Positions 19,093 through 26,974 of a DNA stretch of 64,000 nucleotides are shown here, one piece after another; within the stretch, counting starts at the first letter, position 1; each line of letters begins with the position of its first letter. Origin of the DNA: Candidatus Desulfaltia bathyphila (GTDB lineage Bacteria > Desulfobacterota > Desulfobacteria > Desulfobacterales > ETH-SRB1); assembly GCA_014381545.1 (NCBI GenBank), contig JACNLL010000056.1:26846-90845 (forward strand), given 5' to 3'. The notes under the pieces are model-generated. The model did not search any database. It was not told where the DNA came from and was given only the letters and a program-made list of their open reading frames with translations. A program made the position numbers and the translations under genes.

Positions 19093-19115
19093 ACATACCT
19101 TTTATTGAAAGGAGA

Positions 19116-20240
19116 ATGTCGATGAATTACAAGAAACACATCTTAAAATTATCAGCAGGTTTAATAGTAATTGCAATGCTTGCATGGTTTGGTTGCGCCG
19201 CAAAGACCAGTGTAAGCAGAATCAAGCCTGCCGAAGTTTCTATGGGCGGCATCCGAACACTTGCCCTGCTTAAGTTTGAAGGCCGGTTCGGTGAAACTGT
19301 GCGCAGCGATTTCTATAATAAATTAAGCGCTGTGCCGCACTTCAATCTTATTGACATCTCAAAGACAAATGCCCTGGATCGGGTTATCTATGATCAGGTA
19401 GATGATCCAAGATTTTTTCCCGACCTCGAAGATCTTCATGCAGATGGAGTAATTACCGGGCGGGTAACCGCCAACATAAATGATATGCGTGGTTTTGATC
19501 AGGTACAGATGCAGGAAGGCACAGGACGATATAAAAAAGAGAAGAACATTTTTGGAAAATGGGTGGACGTGGAAATCAAAAAGACAGTGCTCAGACCGGT
19601 GCCCTATGTCATACGCCAGGCTTCTCTAACCACCGATTTCAAAGTATTCAACCTGAAAACAAAGCAGATTATAGCAACTGGCAAGGTCACGGAAAATTAC
19701 AATCAAAAATTTGGCGGTGATAAGGAATATGCTCTTTCTATTTTAGGAGGGATGAAGTTAAGTCAGTTGCCGGCGGGAAATCAGACATTAAATGAGCTAT
19801 CAGCCAATGTTGCGTCTCAGCTTGTCGCAAAAATTTCTCCAACCGAGGTTATTGAAACCATAGAATTTTATGACGGAGGAAAATTTGGCTATGGTGGTCA
19901 TGATATGATAAAACGCGGCATAGAATTCGCCAAGCGTGGATTATGGGACGAGGCAAAAGCGATCTGGCAGGATGTAATCAAGGCTGAACCGAACAACTCG
20001 GCAGCCTATTATAATTTGGGTGTGGCCCATGAATTTATTGGCAACCTCGAAAATCTTCAGATCGCAAGAACAATGTATAAAAAGGCGCTCAAATACGGGG
20101 ATAACGAACTTTACATGAATGCTCTGGCAAGAATTCAGTCTGCAATCAGAGACCGCCAGAAATATGAACAACAAAAAAATCTGCTGAAGCAAACTCCGGT
20201 TAAAAAAACACAGGAAGAAAAAGGGGTACGGATATATTAA
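19116..20240 (+). CDS. Lipoprotein: LpoB/DUF799-like alpha/beta module plus C-terminal TPR
   Basis: Lipobox WFGC. IRTLALLKFEGRFGETV...ADGVITGRVTA resembles the TVAILPF...DAVILGTI pattern of the 915-aa protein. C-terminal TPR (GLWDEAKAIWQDVIKAEPNNSAAYYNLGVAHEFIG). Confidence 0.5.
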   Translation: MSMNYKKHILKLSAGLIVIAMLAWFGCAAKTSVSRIKPAEVSMGGIRTLALLKFEGRFGETVRSDFYNKLSAVPHFNLIDISKTNALDRVIYDQVDDPRFFPDLEDLHADGVITGRVTANINDMRGFDQVQMQEGTGRYKKEKNIFGKWVDVEIKKTVLRPVPYVIRQASLTTDFKVFNLKTKQIIATGKVTENYNQKFGGDKEYALSILGGMKLSQLPAGNQTLNELSANVASQLVAKISPTEVIETIEFYDGGKFGYGGHDMIKRGIEFAKRGLWDEAKAIWQDVIKAEPNNSAAYYNLGVAHEFIGNLENLQIARTMYKKALKYGDNELYMNALARIQSAIRDRQKYEQQKNLLKQTPVKKTQEEKGVRIY

Positions 20241-20251
20241 TTTAAGGAGGT

Positions 20252-21442
20252 ATGATGGCTTTGAAAAACAAAAAAATTATGATGGCATGTCTTGTTTTGG
20301 GAGTTATATTACTTTTTGTATCAACCGGTTACAGCAAAATGGTGACGGTTGTAGGGCAGGGAATGGATCGTAAAAGCGCTATTGCTGATGCTCAGCGGGC
20401 TGCAGTTGAACAGGGCATAGGGGCTCTCATCGATTCCAAAACCAGGGTTGCGAACTTTGAGGTGCTGCAGGATAGGATTTATTCAAGGGCAAGCGGTTAT
20501 GTAACTAATTATAATATATTGTCTGAAGGAAAAAGTCCGGACGGTTCAATATACACTGTAAGCATGCGGGCTGACGTACAAACCGCTTCGATTAAAAATG
20601 ATTTAAAGGCGATCGGGATTCTAATGGCACAGATCGGCAACCCCCGATTTATGGCGATTTATCTTCCCGAAACCAGAAGTTCGATGCACAGGGATTCCAG
20701 GGTGGTCAGGGCCGCCGAGCAGGCAATTAACGGAGTCTTTGCCAGAAAAGGCTTTATAGTTCTGGACAAAATGTTCGTTAATAATGTTTACAGCGAGATA
20801 GAGCAAGCCGGCCGGATTGATGTGGATATGGATAACCTTTCCGCACTTGCCTTAAAATATAAGGCAGACCTGCTTCTTGTATATGATGTGCATGCAGCAA
20901 GCAAGACCGGTGGATCAAGCAGGTATTTTGGCGGCGTAATTGTTGAAATAGCATTGCGTGCCGTTGCTCCGGCCACTGCTGATCTTATAGCGCAAAAATC
21001 GGGGGATCTGTATGTAAAAACCATGAAAGCAGCAGGAAACTATTATGAAAATATGCAGGCTGCAAAGGTTGCGGATAAATTGGGGAAAGCGATTGCCGAT
21101 GCTTTAATTGAAGATACACTGGCTTATTTTGAGCGTGCTGTTCACGCTGGAACCCGTTTTGATTTATGGTTTAGAAACTTTTCAGAACAGGAAACCTATA
21201 TAATCGTTGATGTAATTGAGGGAATGACTGCGTTTAAGGACAAGCATATTAGAAATGAATCGCCTGGAAATTTTCAGCTTGATGTGAACTACCAGGGAAG
21301 AAAATTTGATTTTAAGCGGGAACTTTACAGGGGCTTGAAAGCGCAGGGCATCCTGTTTGATACCCAGCAGGCCAAGGGGAATCGTTTTCTGCTTTTCAAA
21401 AAAGGAAGCGACAATCCATTTGGCGCGATTAATATTAATTAA
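20252..21442 (+). CDS. Exported FlgT-like protein (LPP20/FlgT-N-like module plus alpha/beta module plus C-domain)
   Basis: Signal peptide. AIADAQRAAVEQGIGALIDSKTRVANFEVLQDRIYSRASGYVTNYNIL...YTVSMRADV. Paralogous to 21561..22688. Confidence 0.45.
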   Translation: MMALKNKKIMMACLVLGVILLFVSTGYSKMVTVVGQGMDRKSAIADAQRAAVEQGIGALIDSKTRVANFEVLQDRIYSRASGYVTNYNILSEGKSPDGSIYTVSMRADVQTASIKNDLKAIGILMAQIGNPRFMAIYLPETRSSMHRDSRVVRAAEQAINGVFARKGFIVLDKMFVNNVYSEIEQAGRIDVDMDNLSALALKYKADLLLVYDVHAASKTGGSSRYFGGVIVEIALRAVAPATADLIAQKSGDLYVKTMKAAGNYYENMQAAKVADKLGKAIADALIEDTLAYFERAVHAGTRFDLWFRNFSEQETYIIVDVIEGMTAFKDKHIRNESPGNFQLDVNYQGRKFDFKRELYRGLKAQGILFDTQQAKGNRFLLFKKGSDNPFGAININ

Positions 21443-21456
21443 CTGTAACTATTCAG

Positions 21457-21558
21457 GTTGGTTAGGCTGTAGGCTAAAGGCTGTTGGTTTTTGCGGATTG
21501 TTCGTATGATCATGGATGATTCTTTCCTAACAGCCTAAATGCCTATAGCCTATCTACC
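21457..21558. repeat. Heptamer-periodic hairpin between convergent operons
   Basis: ggttggt/taggctg/taggcta/aaggctg (21457-21488) faces cctaaca/gcctaaa/tgcctat/agcctat (21526-21558). Loop is about 37 nt. Confidence 0.75.
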
Positions 21559-21560
21559 TG

Positions 21561-22688
21561 TCAAAGCAGATTACAGTCGACTCTGTCCGGCGCAAAATCA
21601 ATCACTTCAAGGCTGTTTTTGCCAAAATTCAAGCCATCCAAAAGTTCGGCAAGCTCTTCACTCGTACCCTTAAAGCGCAGGTCCAGCACCAGCAGCCCCC
21701 CGGTTTTATTCCATCCTTCCTTTTTGCTGGTTACAACTTTGTCCATAATTTCAATACTTGATGCAATCAATCTGTATTGCTGAAAGGATGTTATGCCGGT
21801 TATATGCAGCTTAAGGGGGGCGCCGTTATTAAGAAACTCCTGAAATGAGTCGGTAATGGTATCAACCAAGTATTCGTCAACAGCCTTTTGAACCGCTATC
21901 CGCAGAGATTTGCCTGCGCCGGTCAGCGGACTGATATGGACCGAAATCCCGTTTTTTACTATGGAACCAAGCAACAGCCCTGTCTGAGTTTGAATGACTT
22001 TCATCTGGAGACTCGCCTGAAGCGATTTAAGACCGGATTTTGGATAGGCCTCGCCGATATCTTCAACTACGGCTTTGCCCACTATCACATACTGAGATCC
22101 AAAGTCCAATCCCAGTATTCTGGCTGCGGCAATATTCCCGGCTAAAGCCTGTCTGCTTTGGTCAAGGCTCTTTATTTTTTCAATCTGCGCCCTGTCAACC
22201 AGATCAAAGCCCTTGGCCGCGAGCAGAGAGGACATCTCGGTTTCGGCTAAACACATGCCCACATCGTCCATGCCGATATATTCTTCTTCTATTAAAATCA
22301 TAAGCTTGGGCCGCTCCATGCTGTCAAGCAAAATTTTCATGGCCAAAAGGTCGTCTTTTATTTTGTCCATTGAAACAGTTGCGCTCAATCTGACAGTGTA
22401 AAGGCCTTCAGCCTTTTCTTCCCCCAGGATTGTGAAGCGGGTGATATAGCCCTGTGTCCGGGACATAATCCTGTCTTTTTTGATTGCAAAATTTTCCACC
22501 TCGGTCTTAGAGTGGATAAAGACCCCAACAGCCAGCTCCACGGCCGAACGCTGAGCCTGACGTATGGCATCCTCTCTGGAAAGAAAGCTGCTTCCCTCAA
22601 CTTCAACTACTTTTTCTGATGCAATAGCACCTGTTGTATAAGCAAACAGTATGGCCAGTGTTGCTATAATCGGAAAACATCTGTTCAT
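21561..22688 (-). CDS. Exported FlgT-like protein, paralogue of 20252..21442
   Basis: Signal peptide. AIRQAQRSAVELAVGVFIHSKTEVENFAIKKDRIMSRTQGYITRFTIL...YTVRLSATV aligns by eye with the paralogue along the N-module. Confidence 0.45.
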   Translation of the reverse strand: MNRCFPIIATLAILFAYTTGAIASEKVVEVEGSSFLSREDAIRQAQRSAVELAVGVFIHSKTEVENFAIKKDRIMSRTQGYITRFTILGEEKAEGLYTVRLSATVSMDKIKDDLLAMKILLDSMERPKLMILIEEEYIGMDDVGMCLAETEMSSLLAAKGFDLVDRAQIEKIKSLDQSRQALAGNIAAARILGLDFGSQYVIVGKAVVEDIGEAYPKSGLKSLQASLQMKVIQTQTGLLLGSIVKNGISVHISPLTGAGKSLRIAVQKAVDEYLVDTITDSFQEFLNNGAPLKLHITGITSFQQYRLIASSIEIMDKVVTSKKEGWNKTGGLLVLDLRFKGTSEELAELLDGLNFGKNSLEVIDFAPDRVDCNLL

Positions 22689-23392
22689 TGATTTAATCCT
22701 TGCACATTATCAACCTGTTGTTTATAGGCCGGGTCAAGTTCTATGCTCTTTTTAAACAACTCTCTGGCCTGTGTCCTGTTATTTCTGTCCAGAGCATCCA
22801 GCCCTTTTGAAAAATACAGGGCAGCATTAATATCGCTTTCACCCTTGCCGGTTTTAATCTTTAAGGCCAGGTTAAGAGAATGAGCGATTTTTTGAGCTAA
22901 ATTCCGCTCCAATTCCATAAAATTATCTACCTTACCTGTAATTGATTCAGCCATTATAAGCTCACTGGTTTCGACCTTTATGATCCGGGCATCAATACGG
23001 ACACTTTTCCCAAGGACCACAAAGGAACCAAAGGCTATGGTCTGAGCGCCTAAAATTTTGCCCGCCCTGATAGCTGTAGCCTCATCCACGCTTCCGGTCT
23101 GGCTTAAAGCAATTTCCTTCAAAAGGGCTTGTATCTTACCGCGTTCAATTAATTTTAAAGCGCTGCCGCTTTTGTTAAGATCGGAAATAAGCATGGCGGA
23201 AAGCCCCTTGCTTAATGGAGCAAACAGATCCGGATCTGTTACGGAGTTGTTTTCAAAAGGCAAAATAGCCAGGGTTTTCGGAATTCGGTCAAGCCGGGCT
23301 GGTTTTAATCTTTCTTCAGCTCTCTGGGCGCCTGCACATCCCAATGCAATACAAAAGACCGCCAGTATCACAACAAATCTCAAAATTTTCAT
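22685..23392 (-). CDS. Lipoprotein: CsgG/FlgO/LpoB-like module plus C-terminal TPR-like helix pair
   Basis: Lipobox ALGC. PKTLAILPFENNSVTDPDLFAPLSKGLSAMLISDLNKSG...LIERGKIQALLKEIALSQTG...AGKILGAQTIAFGSF is the CsgG-type pattern. Its stop overlaps the next gene start (22685-22688). Confidence 0.5.
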   Translation of the reverse strand: MKILRFVVILAVFCIALGCAGAQRAEERLKPARLDRIPKTLAILPFENNSVTDPDLFAPLSKGLSAMLISDLNKSGSALKLIERGKIQALLKEIALSQTGSVDEATAIRAGKILGAQTIAFGSFVVLGKSVRIDARIIKVETSELIMAESITGKVDNFMELERNLAQKIAHSLNLALKIKTGKGESDINAALYFSKGLDALDRNNRTQARELFKKSIELDPAYKQQVDNVQGLNQ

Positions 23393-23445
23393 GAAAATAC
23401 CTTTATTCTTTTTTATGGAGTCTACCTGACTCCTTTACTTGCCTA

Positions 23446-24653
23446 TCAGCCGCCACCGCCGGCCGCCATTGACGCTGCTTCTGCATCGGCGGCTTCTTGT
23501 GCGGTTTCGGCTTCATCAACAGATGCCTCGGCATGGCTCGCCATCTGAGCTGCCGTTATGCTGGCTAATGCGCCAATGTCGGGTGACGAAGCGCCTGGGC
23601 AAGAGCTGCTGCCGTCCACAGCCATATCGAAGTTCGGGTCCTCTTTCACAGCTTTGGCAAATAAATCCTTGGCAGCTTCCCAATTTCCGGCATCCAAAGC
23701 GTCAAGGGCCTCTCCATAATAGATAAAGGCATTGTAAACAGTGGTATGCCTATAGCCTTGCTTTCCTCCGGAGTCAGTATAATTCCCAGAATCCCGGCTA
23801 TATCCTTTACTATGGCAATGGGTAATTCATAGAACTTCTCCTGTTCCACGGTAATTGAACTGGTGCCCTTGATCTCTCCTGTTCCGGATGATGTCAAAGA
23901 GGTGGTTGCATGAATGCTGCTCAGTGTCAGGTTCCCTACAATCAAGTTTTCCGCTCCCAGCAGTCTGCCGACCCTGGGCGCTGTATTCTGGTCAACTATT
24001 CCGGTCTGGCCGAGCTTCATCTCTGCCAACAGGGCCTGCAAACGCATTCGTTCAACAACCTTAAGCGACTTGATCTTGGACAGATCTGTAATCACCATTG
24101 CGGCCAGGCCTTTTTGAAAAGCGCGCAAACTCTTGTCCGGAGAAAGATCCTGGAAGTAACATACAGCCACTGTGTTTGCATCCGGCTGAACGGTTGCAAG
24201 ACTTTTTTCTTCTGCCATAGCCTTTTTAGCAGCCCGCTGGCTTGCCGCAATTTGCACCAGGGTTGAAAGACGCCTGATTTCTTCCTCAACCAGCGGCTGT
24301 TCTTTATTCCTGTAAAGTTGCCATGTTTCTATGGCCTTATCGAACTTCTCCTTGTTTAAATAGGCCATGCCCAGATATAAAACAGCATAAGGTTCGCCGG
24401 GTTCAGCCTGAAGCGTTTTCTTAAACTCTTCAATAGACTTGTCCAGTTGGCCTTTTTTCAAATAGGCAAAACCCAGTCTGCTTCTTACCCATGCAGCTTC
24501 AGGCTTTTTGGCCAGATAATCCTGATAAATGGTTATGGCTTCATCGTACTTCTTCTGGCTCATCTTTATATCAGCCTTTATGAGTCCGCAGCCTGTCAGC
24601 GATAAAACACCGATAAATATAATGCCCCATAAAAGATACTTTTTCATGGTCAT
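23446..24653 (-). pseudogene. TPR / CsgG-FlgO-like / TPR lipoprotein split by an apparent 1-nt frameshift near 23745-23760
   Basis: ORF 23646..24653 has lipobox LTGC, TPR, and NTVAVCYFQDLSPDKS...VERMRLQALLAEMKLGQTG. The frame then changes. The next frame is open from about 23828 and reads TVYNAFIYYGEALDALDAGNWEAAKDLFAKAVKEDPNF, matching the paralogue ALYFSKGLDALDRNNRTQARELFKKSIELDPAY. Confidence 0.55.
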
Positions 24654-24684
24654 AATGCCCCCCCTTTTTTTGTCAGGGAATTAT

Positions 24685-25248
24685 TTATTGATTATGATGT
24701 GGCGCTACTTTCAGGAAAGATTTGACGCTTCGAATCCCTCCTACACTTTTAGCATGAGCAATAATTTTCTCTATCTCCTTGTCTGATCCTACAAGACCCA
24801 CAAATACCACGTTGCATTGAACAACTGTTACGTCGACATTGGTTGACCAGATATCCCCATCCTTGATGAGTTTTGCTTTAATCTTGGCTTTAATGGCAAG
24901 GTTGTCCGTTGCTCCACATGGATCACCATCTTTCTTTTTGAGAAGATAGGTGGTTATACCTTCTACCCTTTCAACCTTCCTGGCAATTTTAATGGCTCTG
25001 TTTTTTTGTTTTTCCGCATCATACTCACCGATTAAGTAAACATGGCCATAATAGCAGGCTATATCAATATCAAAAGTCTTAACAACATCGTCTTCGATAA
25101 ATTTTTGCAGGATAGTGGCCTTAATTTTTGTGTCACCGGCTACTGTGCGTACATTGCGTTCATCCACAGCCGCGCTATAAAAGGTGGTACATCCGGAACT
25201 CATTACCAGAAGCACAAGACATAATATTGCTGCAAAATAGTTTTTCAT
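24685..25248 (-). CDS. Dual-BON-domain lipoprotein (DolP/YraP-like)
   Basis: Lipobox SSGC. Two BON-like units (DTKIKATILQKFIEDD...GHVYLIGEY and NLAIKAKIKAKLIKDG...VVFVGLVGSDKEIEKIIAHAKSVGGIRSVKSFL). Size (187 aa) matches DolP. Confidence 0.7.
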   Translation of the reverse strand: MKNYFAAILCLVLLVMSSGCTTFYSAAVDERNVRTVAGDTKIKATILQKFIEDDVVKTFDIDIACYYGHVYLIGEYDAEKQKNRAIKIARKVERVEGITTYLLKKKDGDPCGATDNLAIKAKIKAKLIKDGDIWSTNVDVTVVQCNVVFVGLVGSDKEIEKIIAHAKSVGGIRSVKSFLKVAPHHNQ

Positions 25249-25388
25249 ATATTTTTCTCCATGATTATAATGAACTCAATGATTAGCAATTATATAACAG
25301 ATAATAAGTAAAATATCAAGCTATACTCCTCTATACTATAATTTCTGCTTATGAAACACCGGGCAGCAATCAGTTCGTTGAGTTTTTA

Positions 25389-25658
25389 CTATTTGAAATT
25401 ATAATGCTTTTTCACAGCTTCCATAATATCCCAGATACAGCTTAAGCCTTTTGGAAAAGTAACAAAATCACCCTTGCCAAATTCAACCTTTTTCCCATCG
25501 GGTGTTTCTACAACAACCTTTCCTTCCAGCAGATAACATTCTTCAACACTGTCATAATGCCAGTCAAATCTGGAAATCTCCTTTTCCCATATCGGCCAGG
25601 ATAATATCTGTTTTCTTTCAATTTCCTGTTTATCCGGCTTGTAAATTTCAATTTTCAT
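25389..25658 (-). CDS. Small cupin (cupin_3/DUF861-like) protein
   Basis: 89 aa. WHYDSVEECYLLEGKVVVETPDGKKVEFGKGDFVTFPKGLSCIWD is a typical single-cupin barrel. Confidence 0.65.
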   Translation of the reverse strand: MKIEIYKPDKQEIERKQILSWPIWEKEISRFDWHYDSVEECYLLEGKVVVETPDGKKVEFGKGDFVTFPKGLSCIWDIMEAVKKHYNFK

Positions 25659-25693
25659 TACAAACTCCTTTTGCCCAATTTAACATTTTAGCT

Positions 25694-25947
25694 TTTTGAA
25701 AATATGGCTGCTCCAGGTATAATTAAATTTTATACTGAAAAAACTCGTAGATAACGGCTCGTAATAAAAGAACCTGCCCGGGCTATTAATAAAGGTTTTT
25801 GTTTTAAGAAAATGTTTCATCTTTAAATCAAATCACTTATGGTTCTTTTATAACGATCCCTAATCCACTCAAACAGTTTCCAATATAAAATTTAATCATA
25901 CCTGAAGCTTGTTTAAAGTCGATTTGTTTCAAAAGGCTAAATTAATA
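25694..25947. mobile_element. About 255-bp palindromic MITE-like element, copy 1
   Basis: Reverse complement of 48878-49133 aligns end to end at roughly 90% identity by eye. Terminal inverted repeats ggtataattaaattttatactg and caatataaaatttaatcatacc. The inner arms are also complementary. No ORF. Confidence 0.6.
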
Positions 25948-25955
25948 CTACCCAA

Positions 25956-26297
25956 TTAACATGTTAAATGGAAACAGGCGCCGACCCTTTTTATAGATGA
26001 TAGCTCATTGTAAATTTTAATTGCCTTCTGGTTTGGCTGCGCAATAAACCTTATGCCCTTTTTAAGAAGCAATTTATCAAGTCCGGACTCAGGCCTCATT
26101 AATCCGCTGACACCGGTGCCGGCAATAATGACTTCCGGTTTAGATTCAACAAGTTTGCTTATATCATCCAATGAAAGGCTGTGCCCTTTTCTTCGATACC
26201 AGGAATCCTCTATATGCCCGTCAGGATAGACAATAAGGTCTGAAGTATATTGTTTTCCTTCAATAACAATGACCCCAAATGAACAGCCTGTAATCAT
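25956..26297 (-). CDS. Mth938-domain (DUF498) protein
   Basis: MITGCSFGVIVIEGKQYTSDLIVYPDG...SWYRRKGHSL...PEVIIAGTGVSG...ACFHLTC matches the Mth938/NDUFAF3 pattern. Start moved from 26345. Confidence 0.7.
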   Translation of the reverse strand: MITGCSFGVIVIEGKQYTSDLIVYPDGHIEDSWYRRKGHSLSLDDISKLVESKPEVIIAGTGVSGLMRPESGLDKLLLKKGIRFIAQPNQKAIKIYNELSSIKRVGACFHLTC

Positions 26298-26370
26298 TTT
26301 ATTCCCCTGTCTCAATGATACACCACAGAATTCTTGCTTTTGCATTAAAATGATAGTAATTATTTACTCA

Positions 26371-26653
26371 AGTTTCGCACCCTTGATTTCTATCAAAGTC
26401 AAGGCGGTAAAGGAGCCAAATTCAATTTTTCAAGCGAAATGATTTATCTGTATTTTTTAACCAGCACTCCACGACTTGTGCCAAGGACAGGCACAAAGGA
26501 TATATAACTTACTGAACTCATACGTGGTTTCAAACAGTATCTTATTGTTTGTGATTGGTGCCGTTGTCGAAGTTTAAGGTATAATATTTCGCTTTAAAAA
26601 TTTATTTTGGCCCTTACCGTTTAAAGGCTTTAATAAATAAAAAGGGTGCTAAA
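26371..26653. repeat. About 72-bp imperfect inverted repeat pair with about 140-bp spacer
   Basis: Arm 26371-26443 (gtttcgcaccctt...aaaggagccaaattcaatttttcaagcgaaatg) is matched by the reverse complement of 26583-26653 (…aagggtgctaaac). A third partial arm lies at 26933-26965. Confidence 0.6.
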
Positions 26654-26686
26654 CTTGATGGCCTCGTAAAAAGTTTTGTGCAAAAT

Positions 26687-26804
26687 TGAAGAACCCTGTA
26701 GCAAGCTACAGGGAATCTTCGACCGTAAGGAAGTTGGCCATTTTTAGATTCGCTCGCTAACCCCGCAGCAAGCTACGGGGAATGCGCTCGCTATTGCGGT
26801 TCAA
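26687..26804. repeat. About 118-bp double-hairpin repeat, intergenic copy
   Basis: gaagaaccctgtagcaagctacagggaatcttcgaccgtaaggaagtt...ccccgcagcaagctacggggaatgcgctcgctattgcggttcaa. A co-linear copy lies at 54701-54818 inside ftsX. Confidence 0.8.
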
Positions 26805-26887
26805 ATAATAATTTAATTTTAAACCGCATATTTATCCAAATGCAAGAACTTTTAACACCCGAAAGTCATGGTCTGGATTAAAGCAAG

Positions 26888-26965
26888 TTTCCTTACGGTC
26901 GAATCCCGCTCGAAAGCCGAACTGCGGCTTGCCGCAGTGAGTTTGAATTTGGCTCCTTTATTATA
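26888..26965. repeat. Inverted partial copy of the CCTTACGGTCGAA family plus terminal AAAGGAGCCAAATTCAA inverted repeat
   Basis: ccttacggtcgaatcccgctcgaaagccgaactgcggcttgccgcag is related to the reverse complement of 26692-26735 and to 35055-35110. ttgaatttggctccttt (26943-26959) is the exact complement of 26408-26424. Confidence 0.6.
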
Positions 26966-26974
26966 GGTTTCGGA

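Noticed and set aside
23446-23697. 83-aa ORF as an independent gene
   Set aside because: The frame is open well upstream of its Met and continues the homology to the paralogue's C-terminus. It is better explained as the displaced 3' part of the 23646..24653 gene.
19116-25248. Flagellar H-ring/disc locus
   Set aside because: FlgT-, FlgO- and FlgP-like modules are present, but no flagellar rod, ring, motor, export or flagellin genes occur within 64 kb. I therefore treat the cluster as a non-flagellar system; genome-wide confirmation is needed.
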